Shown in pieces: positions 1-12,463 of a stretch of 64,000 nucleotides of DNA. Within the stretch, counting starts at the first letter, position 1. Each line of letters opens with the position of its first letter. This DNA is from the human T2T-CHM13v2.0 reference genome, Homo sapiens, in NCBI RefSeq assembly GCF_009914755.1, contig NC_060942.1; one strand, written 5' to 3'. Made by a program: the position numbers and the translations under genes. The notes under the pieces are model-generated. The model searched no databases, was not told the origin of the DNA, and saw only the letters and a list, made by a program, of their open reading frames with translations.

Positions 1-222
1 ATGACTGTGTCCCTCCCTCCAAAATGCAGGTGTTGGAACCTAATCCTCAACGTGGTGGTAGGTTTACCACCTGAAGCAGAGAACAGCCCTCACCAGATAC
101 TGAACCAGCTGGTGCCTTAACATTGGACTTCCAGCCTCCAGAACTGTGAGATGTAAGTTTCTGTTCTTTATAAATGACCCAGCCTCAGGCATTTTGTTAT
201 AGCAGCAGGAACAGACTAAGAT
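1..222 (+). mobile_element. MaLR LTR (MLT1A/MSTD-like), internally deleted
   Basis: gccctcaccagatactgaaccagctggtgcc...ggacttccagcctccagaactgtgaga...ttttgttatagcagcaggaacagactaagata resembles the MLT1A/MST LTR 3' half. Confidence 0.8.
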
Positions 223-374
223 AGTGGCCAACACAATTCCAGGTGCCTGGTAATGCTTCCCTTCTGCCCCTTCAGGGACAGAAGTTCTAGAAAGAAGCAA
301 TAGGTCTAGTGAGAAGCAACTCATCCCAACTCTATTAGAGTTGACTTAGAGGCCCAGGCCAATTTAGTTGGTGG

Positions 375-905
375 GACAGTAAGTGTTTTAGAAGTAGACT
401 TGGGTTCAGATCATGGCTCCATTACACCCCAGCTGTATGATTCTGGGAAGTGTTGTGCTGGACCCCTGTTGATTCCAATAGGGATGGTGCCCTGTCCGAG
501 AGGCTGAAGAAGAGATCCAGAGCTAGTAGACCAGACTGTTGATTGAGGACCCACATACGGGGCAGTCCAGGAACGGGGGGCTAGACATGAGAACTGCTAT
601 TGTTTGAAAAAGCATGCAGTTTATATGGCAATTTTCACTTCCCACCCTCCATCTATCAACCTCTGTTTAAACCAAAACAAAGGCTTCAATCCCCTGTACA
701 CCTGTGTTCCAAGGAATGGACCAGGGGTTCGGATGTCCCTCATAGATAAGGAGTGAGTCTCTGGGTTGGCCACTCCCAGACACACATTCTTCTTAGACCA
801 CAGGGTCATTCTCAGGGTGTGCTTAAGTTACTGCTGTCAGTTGCATCTGCCATACAGGAAGTCACTTAACCACCTTGACTGGTGCAGTCTTCACCTGCAA
901 AGGAA
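375..905 (+). mobile_element. MIR fragment split by an LTR insertion
   Basis: tgggttcagatcatggctcc...agctgtatgattctgggaag | ggaagtcacttaacc rejoin into the MIR core. Confidence 0.6.
451..856 (-). mobile_element. Solo ERVL-class LTR (LTR47-like)
   Basis: TG...CA termini; 5-bp TSD GGAAG at 446-450 and 857-861; minus strand starts tgtatggcagatgcaactgacagcagtaacttaagc. Confidence 0.75.
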
Positions 906-2639
906 ACATGTACTTAACTTCCCAGGGGACAGAGGAAACCAAAGCAGATAAAAATACATAGAAACCATTGTGTGTAGTCGCTGGCATGGAATAAGAGCTC
1001 AACAAAGGTCCTTTCCCTTAGTCTCTTGCATTTCAGGACCACAAACTCTCCACCTGGAAGCCCCTGTCCTATCCTGCTGCACCCCTGCACCGCCCTGCTC
1101 ATCTGCCCTTCTCCACTCTTCTCTGGAAAACCCTCCTGCCTTAGCCCAGCTCCATTCTTTCCAGGGCTCCTTCTTAGAGGATGTGCTTTGGGAAGGAGCT
1201 CGTTAGTGCACTCAAACCAAGGGGTTCACAGTCCATGATTTAATATGAGGGGTTCCCTGGGGCACTTGGCTTTTCGCAGGGCTTAAGCTTTCAACCTGAG
1301 GATGAATCTTTAATGACAGTACTTCAACACTTGGGACAGAACCCTAGGGGATGGTGATGAGCAGTCGGTCTTCACTATGCACTTTGGACCCTGCACTGAG
1401 CCCCATGGCCTACTCTTCCTGGGCTAAGCATTGTGCTGGAGTGGACGGGACCATCAGCCTGAAACCATGAACACACCCAGTCACTGGGCAGAAATGAGAG
1501 GTGGCACACACTTCCGACCCAGCTGCTCAGAGGCGAAGTGATATTTCACGCCTGAAATGTTCATCTCATAAAACTCTTAAAATATGCTAATTAATGGTAA
1601 ACTGGGCAGATACTTTTCTGTTAAAGAACAGATTACAGCACTAAGTGACCCAGGGAGATCACATTCTAAAATGGATGCTCCAGACTAAGGTAACTTGATA
1701 CGCTGCCCTTTTGACCAGAATTTGCTGGGAAAGAAATAAACCATATCATCATATAGTTTGTGGTATGTGAAGGTGAAGTGCGTTAGTTTCAACAAAACAC
1801 TGAGGCACAGGCTCTCAAAATGAATTTTTGTATTGCTTCCTAGAGTGAAAAGTTGTTGGATAGATGTAGTTTGTATACTAAAATATTGAAATTTCTGGGG
1901 CATTTTGCTGTATTACAGAGACAAGTAAAATAGTAAAAACTGGAATGGTTTCAGAAACACTAGAACATATGGTACCCATCCTAGCAAAATTCATTGCCAA
2001 CGCAGAAACCAAAAATAATTGGAATTTTTGGTGAGGTGAATTTGGAGACACTGCCAAAAAATGGACTCTTCCCATCTCTATGCCTTCTGCTTGCGGTCTC
2101 TGGCCAAATGCTGTCCATGGATGAAAAACAAGGTTTCCCAGGAGGTTGCTAAAGTAGACGGCATCATGCAGTAGGACGGCCTTGCCCTGCTGAGGAGAAA
2201 TGACAAGGCACATATGGTGCTCATTCCTGCAAACGTCAACTCCTTATTTCAAAACCAAAAAATGAAATAAAATGCTTTTCAAACATTTATGCACAGATCA
2301 ATCGAGAATGTGGTTCCAAGGATGTGAGTAGGATGCCGTGAAGCGGTTGTCAGAGTGTCCTGCATATCCCCTTGATATCTGGACTTCTTCTAGCTGGTGG
2401 TGCAGCCAGGGAACTGACTCACGATCACTGCAGGGCAGCATGCCTTTCAGCTCACACCAGGAAGACTCTGCAGATTGAGTAACTTTCTTCCAAGGGGCTG
2501 TTAAACTTTAGATCCTTCGTGACTCACAGAGTGAAGTCTCACAATAACCAAAGTTTAGACAACAAAATATCCTCAAGAGCACTTATGATTTTTACAAAAT
2601 ATGCAGCCTCTTTGCCTTTACCTTTAAGTGGCCATTGGC

Positions 2640-2995
2640 TGTATTAGTCAGAACAGGCTAGGTTATGCTGCAGAACAAACAGGACCTGGAATCCTTCAAC
2701 AAAGGTATAATTTTTGCTCATGATATTTCTCCAGCACAGGTGAGCAGGTATTGGGGAGTAGTCTGCTCCACATAGCCACTCAGGAACCCAGGCTAAATGA
2801 GGCTTTGTTGTCTGTAATGTGGCCAGTGGCCTAGGCAACAGAAGAGCCTGCACAGACAGCTCACATCTATAGTTCAGACCAACAGGGCCACATATTACTT
2901 CTTGTAGTCCATTGGCCAGGACTACTCAAATGACCCCATTTAATGGCAGGGAGGTTTGACATGTAGTCTTTCATGTGCCTGGTGGAGAGAAGCAC
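2640..2995 (-). mobile_element. Old MaLR LTR (MLT1J/K-like)
   Basis: tgtattagtcagaacaggctaggttatgctgcag start and ccattggccaggact motif typical of old MLT1 LTRs. Confidence 0.65.
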
Positions 2996-3488
2996 TAGTA
3001 ATATCTATTAGATTTTAGTATTTCATCCACTTACTTGAGCCTGTACTAAATTCTAGACCTTGTGGTGGATATAGATGCATATAAAGTACATTAATTGCCC
3101 TCAAAATCTGAAGACACTATATCTCAGGATGGAAAAAGTGAGGTTTGAGACTTTGACCACCCATACTCAAGCAATTACATCATTTGGAATATCTCTCTCC
3201 CAAAAGATGGAGAATGATTGCCCAGAGGAATGATTGCCCAGAGGAAGACAGACTGGACAATCCCTGACGCGCAAATCCAGAAATTTCATATGACCCCTAC
3301 CATCAAAGGGCTCAGCAAGCACCCTCTTACTATACCTGCCAGAGCGCAACTACTGTGCCCTGGCAATCAAAGCGGGGTGGGTGATGCAGTGTTCAGAGAA
3401 GGATGAGAAAAAGAGGACTATGTGAAAAGCAAGAATATTCTGATTGATGACATATTTTAGGCTCTGAGGCAGGACTGGATCTGCTGTC

Positions 3489-3886
3489 TGTCAGGCCTCA
3501 GAGCCCAAGCTAAGCCATCATATCTCCTGTGACCTGCACATATACATCCAGATGGCCTGAAGTAACTGAAGAATCACAAAAGAAGTGAAAGTGGCCCGTT
3601 TCTGCCTTAACTGATGACATTACCTTGTGAAATTCCTTCTCCTGGCTCATCCTGGCTCAAAAGCTCCCCCACTGAGCTTGTGACCCCCATCACTGCCAGC
3701 CAGAGAACAACCCCTTTTGACTGTAATTTTCCTTTACCTATCCAAATCCTATAAAACGGCCCCACCCCTATCTCCCTTTGCTGACTCTCTTTTCGGACTC
3801 AGCCCGCCTGCACCCAGGTGAAATAAACAGCCTTGTTGCTCACACAAAACCTGTTTGGTGGTCTCTTCACATGGACGCAAGTGAAA
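3489..3886 (+). mobile_element. Solo HERV-H LTR (LTR7 family), full length
   Basis: tgtcaggcctcagagcccaagctaagccatc...gtctcttcacatggacgcaagtgaaa; TATAAAA at 3750-3756, AATAAA at 3822-3827; exact 5-bp TSD CTGTC at 3484-3488 and 3887-3891. Confidence 0.95.
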
Positions 3887-3917
3887 CTGTCATGATGGTT
3901 CCTCTGTTTTTGTAGGG

Positions 3918-4575
<658 letters not shown>

Positions 4576-4855
4576 TGAACTTTTTATCTTGTCTGAAATT
4601 CAACTGATTTGAGATTCATCTTGGTTATTGAGCACCTTTTTTTCAAAACATGCATATTTCCCAGAGGACTCTGAAGCTAATAGCTATTGAATGTGAACCC
4701 GTTCAATCAGATACCTTTCCTTTCTAACACCTAACTTTTGGGGATAGGGGTTTTACTGAGGATCAGGTGATGGCAAGGCTACTTGGGGTGCCCGAGTGAA
4801 GGGCTTGGGGTACCACTAATAGACTAGGGTCCTAAGGAAATAACATCCAGGGATG

Positions 4856-5143
4856 GCCAGGAAGCAGCCCTCACCAGATCCCAGATATTCCAACATCTTG
4901 ATCTTGGGCTTTCCAGGCCACTTTTGGGTTTGCAATTGATGCCTTCTCATTGCATTTTCACAAGTGAAGAGCTGAGAGTGAGCAAGTTCTCATGTCTCTT
5001 CTTACAAGGGTGTTAATCTCATTTGTGAGGGCTCCACCTTCATGACCTACTTACCCCCAAATCCTCCTCCTAAGATCATCACGTTGGGGATTAGGATTTC
5101 AAGATATGAATTTCCAGAGGACACAAGCATCCAGTTCATAACA
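4856..5143 (-). mobile_element. MLT1A/MSTD-like LTR; first ~60 bp in opposite orientation
   Basis: gagggctccaccttcatgacct...ggggattaggatttcaag...cagttcataaca; 4856-4917 reads as the + strand of the same family. Confidence 0.75.
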
Positions 5144-5397
5144 GGGCTGGTAAGGGTTACAGTTGGAATTGAGGGTTACTGTTGGAATTGAGGGTTCCAT
5201 GCTCTTTCCCTAGTGACACCTTCCTTCTGGTCACTGACCTCACCCTCACTCTTGCAGTTGTGGCCTCCAGGTGTCCAGAGCCGACTCAGGACAGGCCTAT
5301 GAGGACCAGCATTCTCTCTCTGACCTTGTAGTCAAATGGGTCTTGAGAGGCCCAGCTCTGAAATCTCGTTTCTACAGTTGTTACATTTCCTATGGCA

Positions 5398-6110
5398 TCT
5401 GAAAGGAAAATAAAATCTCTGGACCCCAAACTCGCTAAGCCAAAGGGAAACATTAAGCTGGGAACTCGGTCAGGCAAACCTGCCTTCCACTTTGTTCCTA
5501 AATAGATAGCTACAAGATAAAAGGCTACATTCTTCCCTCACAATTTCCTCACAAGGAAATCTCTTGTGAGCCCCAATATCTTTACCCTAAGACAGTTCTG
5601 TTGAATTTCACCCTACAATGTATTAATAAATTAGAAGCTAATCTTCTACAGAAAGAGAACAAAAACCAAGAACTAAAAGCCATCATCCCTCTGTTCAACT
5701 GAGAGGAATGCATATCTAACTGCTTCCTCTACTTCCTATGTTTATTTTACCTTATGTAAAAATGGAGATTAACTGAGCACAAGATAAATGCATAATTGAC
5801 TATTCCTCTCCTCCCTCCTTTCACGTGAAAAAAGTGGCTTCACTGATCAAAAGACTCAAAGGAATGCAACTGTTTGCCTCTTTTATCTACTCTTTCCCTT
5901 TCTTTTCCTCCTTCCTCTTTCACCTACTGCCTGCTCTTTTTCCCTTTGAATATTGAAGTACCCAGACCCTCTTTGGGAAAAAATCACGGAGCACAGATGT
6001 TTCCTGTGGTTTTCTGTACCTTTTTTTTCTCTCGGGCATGTCTTCAACCTTGGCAAAATAAACCTCTAAAAATGATTGAGACTTGCCTCAGTTATTTTTT
6101 TTGGTTTACA
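5398..6110 (+). mobile_element. MER4-family ERV1 solo LTR
   Basis: tgaaaggaaaataaaatctctggaccccaaactc...gctgggaact...ggcaaaataaacctctaaa...ttggtttaca. Confidence 0.85.
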
Positions 6111-6240
6111 GTTAAAAGGCTCACCAAACTCCAAGGAGCTTGCTCACAATGAATCCAGGGAAGAAATTCAACTGCTCATGAAAGCCTGCTCATGTAGTTA
6201 ATCTCTTAAAGATAGGCAAGGAGTGGTTTTTGTTGTTTGT

Positions 6241-6479
6241 GTGATCACTCTTCACTGCAGCCTCAACCTCCCAGGCTCAAGTGATCCTCCCACCTCAACC
6301 TCCTGAGTAGCTGAGACTGCAGGTGAACACCACCATGCTTGGCTAATTTTTAAATTTTTTGTAGAGAGGGAGTCTTGCTATGTTACCCAGGTTGGTCTCA
6401 AACTCCTGGGCTGGAGCAATCCTCCTGTCTCAGCCTCCCAAGGTGCTGGGATTACAGGCATGAGCCTCCACACCTGGCC
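6241..6479 (-). mobile_element. AluJ with deletion next to the tail
   Basis: cactgcagcctcaacctcccaggctcaagtgatcc...cacctggcc. Confidence 0.9.
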
Positions 6480-7894
6480 TGTGAGGAATCTAAAGGTGTT
6501 GCTGTAACAGACAGTTCTGGGATACATGACTATAAAACATGTGAGTGTTCTCAACCAACTGTTTGGGGTGAAAAATTTGGAGTCTGACTTAGTGCATATT
6601 CAACACCCCCATTTCTGTGCTTGACAAATACTATCTATTTTTCTGCAACAGATTTAGCTTGTTCAAGTCTCCATGTTATCTGCTGAAATTGACTAGGAGT
6701 GGGTCATTGCTTCTGCAATGAAATGTCGCCATCCTAGGCTCTGAAATAACACAAAGTATATTATGAGTAGACATCACTTTTTTGGTCACAGTTTGCAGGT
6801 AGAACACCTGGATTCCCCTAGGTTTCTTCTAGAACTGGATCTGCCACTGGGTATTAATTGCTGGAGACATCATTTAACCTGTTTGGATTTCTGAAAGATG
6901 AATGCAATGAGCTGCAGGATATCTGTTTGCTCAGCACTCTAGGATTCTATGATCTCTAAAGAGTCAGCATAAGAAGACCATTCAGGATAAATGTGAAGTT
7001 TTAGACCATTTAAATTCAGAGATACAGTGTCCTGGCCAACTTTCTGCTGCTTGGGTTGACATCTGGCATGCTATTTTCCATTTGGCACCTGTTTGGGTGT
7101 GTGATCAAGTATTCTAGACAGAATAATTTCTCAGAGCAGCAGAAAGGCAGTCTTTGGTTTTCCAGTGCCTTGGAAGGCAACAAACACAGGTTCAGGGAGC
7201 AAATAAATCATTTAATGTTGTCCTGACCTGTTCTTCAGGAGGACCAGATCATCATGACATGGCCTCCTAAAACATCCTTTCGAGGGCAAAGGAGACAGAA
7301 GAAAGTGACCTCCTAGCAACTGCCTGTGCAAAGAAGAGACTCAACAAAAGAAAAGACTTCTCTCATGAAGACCCAAGAGCTTCAGGGTCAGAATGAGGAT
7401 AAGAATTTGGTACTGCTGACATTTCTACACCTACTCTTCTGTGCTTTTGCCTTGAAATCTTGAGAACTTCCCTGCTCAAAGATAAAACCTCATACACTAC
7501 ATGAAATTTCTTTGTTTTTCGGTAACTCTTTCTCTTTGGTCAGATTCAAGCTGTTTTGAGATACCCAAACTACTGTTTGCTGAAGTCAACTCAATAATTA
7601 AAAACAACAACAAGTGATATCAATTATTTGACACTATACAGACAAAACAACCTACTGCATGAATTATAGGCTACTTCTACCACTGCCCAGATGAAATGGG
7701 ATCAAAGTGGACACTTGCCTACTTCCAAACTTAGGTAAAAATGGAGACAGACAGGGTGACAAACAGGAAAGCATTTTGACCATCCATATATGTGGCTCTG
7801 TTTCAACAGTGTTTGCCATATACCACAGGCAGCTACAAGTGATGTTTCTCATTGTAAATATATTCTTCAGATTGCAAAAATATTTTGCTCTTTG

Positions 7895-8130
7895 GTTGTT
7901 TTTATTTGATGGATTCAGTGCCATGTGCCACAGGCAAAGCCCTGTGCTAGAAGATGAAGAGGCACAGATGATTATAAAGCAGAATCCCAGCTCCCAAAGA
8001 ACAGATGAGGGAGGAACCGAAATATTTAGAGAATATTTGTATGTGTGAAGAACCTCATTACCATACCACTGGTTACAAAGGAAGTCCATGGGAATCCAGT
8101 GGGGGCAGGAGCTTGGACTGAGAACGGTGG
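7895..8130 (-). mobile_element. L2 3'-end fragment
   Basis: ccctgtgctagaagatgaagaggcacagatgattataaagcagaatcccagctccc resembles the degraded L2 3' end. Confidence 0.45.
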
Positions 8131-8288
8131 GCCACCCATAAGCCGAGACACAGCAGGCTGAACACAGCAGGGAGGTGCTGCAGGGAGGGAGGTGAGAGGA
8201 GAAGGCACTCTCCCTGAGCACACCCCATCAGTTTTGAAGGTATGCTTACACAACCCTTGTGAAAATCATGATAAAAAGATGTTAACCA

Positions 8289-8580
8289 GGCTGGGCGTGA
8301 TGGCTCACACTTGTAATCCTAGCACATTGGGAGGCCAAGGTGGGCAGATAGTTTGAGACCAGGAGTTCAAGACTACCCTGGCCAACATGGACAAACCCCA
8401 TCTCTACTTAAAATACAAAAATTAGCCGGGCGGGGTGGCACATGCCTGTAATCCCAGCTACTCAGGAGGCTGAGGCACGAGGATAGCTTGAAACTGGGAG
8501 GTAGAGGTTGAGTTGAGATTGTGCCACTGCACTCCAGCCTGGGTGACAGAGTGAGACTGTCTCAATCTCAAAAAAAAAAA
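8289..8580 (+). mobile_element. AluS
   Basis: Full dimer with A-tail; TSD AAAAAGATGTTAAC at 8273-8286 and 8581-8594. Confidence 0.95.
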
Positions 8581-9285
8581 AAAAAGATGTTAACTGAAAG
8601 TAAGAAAACAGGAGCATGAGACAAGTGGAGAAAGATCAAGAGTGATGCATTTTTATGTTAATTATCCCATCCCAACTGAAGCGCAGGATCCACCCCCTTC
8701 CCTGTCCTCACCTTATTGCAGGCTAGTTCTTCCTAAACACTTCACCTGACCGGGCCTCTCAGGGGAGGGAGGATGGTGCTGAAATATTGAAAGAGATAAC
8801 GGAGGGCTAGGCCGAGCAATGCCAGCACCGCAGGGAGTACTGAGTAGCTCTTTGTGATTGGAATTTCTGGAGTGCACCGGAGAATAGCAGAAGATAAGGT
8901 TGGAAAGGTAAATAGAGATCTGACTTTAGAAAGCTGGACATTTCAGCTTAAATGCTTTGGACTTTTCTCAGTAGTCAATGGAAAATTTTGATCAGGGAAT
9001 CAAAAGCACAATCAAAATAGTGCTTTAATAATAGGAACGCCTTGAGTATATTTAAGCATATGTTTACTGATTAGCTACTTGGCAGAAAGCCTTGGGTCAG
9101 CAGGAAAGAGACAAATATTCAAAGCTCAAGGGTTAGCAATTAGCATTAAGACCCTTATTGACCGGCTACTCAGCTGGCACTGGTCACCTACTCTTTTGAA
9201 CTACAATTACCATCTCATGTGCAATGAGGGCTAGGACCAGGTAACAACATTACAGACTCTCTGGGATGGAGTCAGCAGATAATGA

Positions 9286-9635
<350 letters not shown>

Positions 9636-9991
9636 TGAGACTAGAAATTATAAAGGAAAGTAAGGGGAACAAAAACCAGATTTGTGAACCCTTGATTTGT
9701 ACTCAATTTTTAGGGAGTATTTACAGAGCAGGGAGTAGAATTTGTGCATAATTTGCATATGTTTGTGCAGAATTTGTATTTGAGACAGGAACAGTATGTG
9801 GGAAAAGTTATTATGTCTGTTTTAACGCCTATTCCAGCATGAACATATTTTAAAACCCATAGAAATACATTTTAAAATCATAAATAACAGCAACAAATAA
9901 AGTCTTTTGATAGGTTTATTTCCTTCATTTGCCAGAGTAATTACGGTAATTCCCAAATGACCAATTTGAACAACGAAGCCTCTTGTTAGTA

Positions 9992-10440
9992 GGGTCAAAG
10001 TCTGGATCCGTTAACAGCGGCATTCCTGTCAAAATCTGATCTTTCCTCTAAGTGCCCAAATAGCCTAGGTGTACTAGATACCATTCTTCATGTCTCTAAT
10101 ACGTGCAAACAGACCTGACAACTATTTCAGAACCTAGAAAGGCCAGCCAAAAGTTAGTCATTAACTAAGCAGGATAAATCTTAATCAACTGAATAAATGC
10201 AAAGTATGTAACATTTTAAGTAAAACAAACAGGGTAGAGTTAACCAAGAGCCCTTACGGGAGGAAAAAAATCATTATTTCTTCCTTCGGGTGAGGCAAAA
10301 ACCGTTTCTTTAAACTTGAAATGCAAAGAGCATTCATTTATATATTTCAGGATTAGATTCCGGTCTCAGACTGATATGCATTTCTTAAATGTGTCTTACA
10401 TTTTCCCTGTTGAGAAAGTGGGTGAATCAGAACTGACTCA
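9992..10440. promoter_or_regulatory. Candidate enhancer (HNF4/DR1, FOX, HNF1 and AP-1 motifs in apparently unique DNA)
   Basis: GGGTCAAAGTCT 9992-10003; GCAAACA 10105-10111; GTTAGTCATTAAC 10153-10165; TGACTCA 10434-10440. Motif evidence only. Confidence 0.4.
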
Positions 10441-10535
10441 GGCCAGACACACCACAGGGAGAACAGGTCAGCACTAGAGTGAGAATGTCTAGTATGCTAC
10501 ATTTATTCTGTATTACTATGATCCATGTCTATTTT

Positions 10536-11249
10536 GTGTTAATTATTGCTTGTCCAAAGGGACCACCAGAAAAATCTGTTGATCAAGCAAATCTAAGTAT
10601 ATTAGACCTACAGCAGTAAGGGACAATACTACAGTGTCAGTCTTAGAAGTGTCTCAAAACAGAGAAATTAGGAAAGGGTGTTGGAGGGTGTTATGGCCCA
10701 GATTATATGATTTTAAGGCATGTCTTGCAAGGCAAGAAACGAGATTGGGCAAAATTAAGATATAATAGTCTTGAAGAGGTGAACACAAGAGGGTGAGGGT
10801 CTTTTGTTTTGGTTTGTTTTGAAACAGAGTCTCACTCTCTCACCTAGGCTGGAATACAATGGTGCCATCATAGCCCACTGCAGCCTCGAACTCCTGGGCT
10901 CATGCTATCTTTCTGCCTCTGTCTACTGAGTAGCTAGGATTACAGGTGTGGCACCACAGCCAGCTAATTTTTTAGTTTTTATTTTTGTAGAGATGGGTTC
11001 TCACTATGTTGTCCAGGCTGGTCTTGAACTCCTGGCCTCAAATAGTCCTCCCATCCCAGCCTCCCAAAGTGCTGATACTACAGGCGTGAGTCACTGTGCC
11101 CCACTGAGATGAGGGTCTTGAAGTGAGCCTTTATGAGCAGGCTGTTCATTTTTGTAAGAAGCTGCTTTAATTGGTTCACAGCGTTATCTTCCAAGAGCAA
11201 GAATTTAATGGAGCAGGTAGCAAAGTATTGCTCCCAGCATTGTCTAACG
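10536..11249 (-). mobile_element. Old ERVL LTR (LTR67B/MER76-like) split by an Alu
   Basis: tgttaattattgcttgtccaaagggaccacc...cagtaagggacaatactac and the distal end gcattgtctaac. Confidence 0.55.
10804..11102 (-). mobile_element. AluJ
   Basis: Dimer; TSD TGAGGGTCTT at 10794-10803 and 11110-11119. Confidence 0.93.
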
Positions 11250-12040
11250 CAGGAGCAGGTCTCACAATCAGACTCCATTCCTCCACCTTCTCTTCTAGCA
11301 CTGAAAGTCTTTGCTAATACACATCCCTGAAGTCAGGAGGAAAGGAGGCATGGCTCCTCAGGGGGCACTTGCTGCCTTGGTGGGTGCGGGGAATCTGCAA
11401 GCATCTGCCAGCTTAGTGGGAACGCTAGGCCTTCCTAGGGAGGAGTGGGCCAGCTCCACAAGCCCATGGGATTGAGCAGGGTGTACAGTCCAGATCTTCA
11501 GAGGCATTCTGGTAGCCAGGACCTACACAGCCCTGTCCCATATTTAGGATCCTAGGTTTTCCCCACAGGGGCCCTGACCTTTGCGTAACAGACCTGCCTT
11601 GGCCAAGCATTTCAACCTCTCTGGAGCTCCATGATTCTAACAATCAGGTCCTCAGCCTGCCTCTCAGCTGTGTGTCTGTTCTTCCTCTGCAGGAGATGGA
11701 GGCCTCTTTGTCAGCTGTCACAGGGCCCTGCATAAACAGACCCTTGTCTCTCCTTCCTCTGTGTGCATCAAAACAGCTTAGTGAGATCCAGCCCACTCTG
11801 CCTTTTTTTGTAGGCATTTTTCCACCCGTATTGTTAAAATGCCTGCATCACGGCACACACCACGTCGTCCCCTCCCGGAACATTTGCCAGGCCACTCCTG
11901 GTCAAATCGCTAGCCTTAGGCCGGGGACTCGAAATGACCCAGCTCCCAGCCAGGACACAACCTCTCCACCTGCTAGGGTGGGTGGGCCAGTTCCACATCC
12001 CAGCTCCGTGCCTGCTTTCTCAACCCATTCCTGTCCCCAC

Positions 12041-12463
12041 TGTGTTATTCTGGGTCCTCCCAGAAGCAGATGCCATGACAGGATTGATTGTGCCAGAAAT
12101 TCATTAGGGGAAAGGCCTGTGAGAGGCAGTAAGGAGGGAGCTGAGGAGATAGGAAGAGCCATCAGGCTGCAAGGCAAGCCTGGGCTACGAGTGAAGGAGA
12201 AGGGAGGGAGGAAGTTTAGACGGAAGCTCCAGGCTGCTCTGCAGTGCTCAGGAGCTCAACAAGGCTGTTGCCCAATCCTTGAGCCAAGGTTGCCCATCAG
12301 ACTGCAAGGGAAGGCTGCCTTAGTGTCCTGCAGCCCTCCGTCCAGGAAGCAGGGTCTTGGCACGAATGCAGCAATGCATCTCAGGGCGCAGCATCTGGGC
12401 TACCGGCTCAGTCACACTCCCTGCAGTTGGAGATCTGAAAGACACCTTCCCATAGCTGCCACA
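12041..12463 (-). mobile_element. LTR16C-like ERVL solo LTR
   Basis: tgtgttattctgggtcctcccagaagcagatgcc...ctccctgcagttggagatctgaaag...atagctgccaca. Confidence 0.8.

Noticed and set aside
7664-8221. 185-aa minus-strand ORF
   Set aside because: Non-ATG start, overlaps a probable L2 remnant, random-like composition
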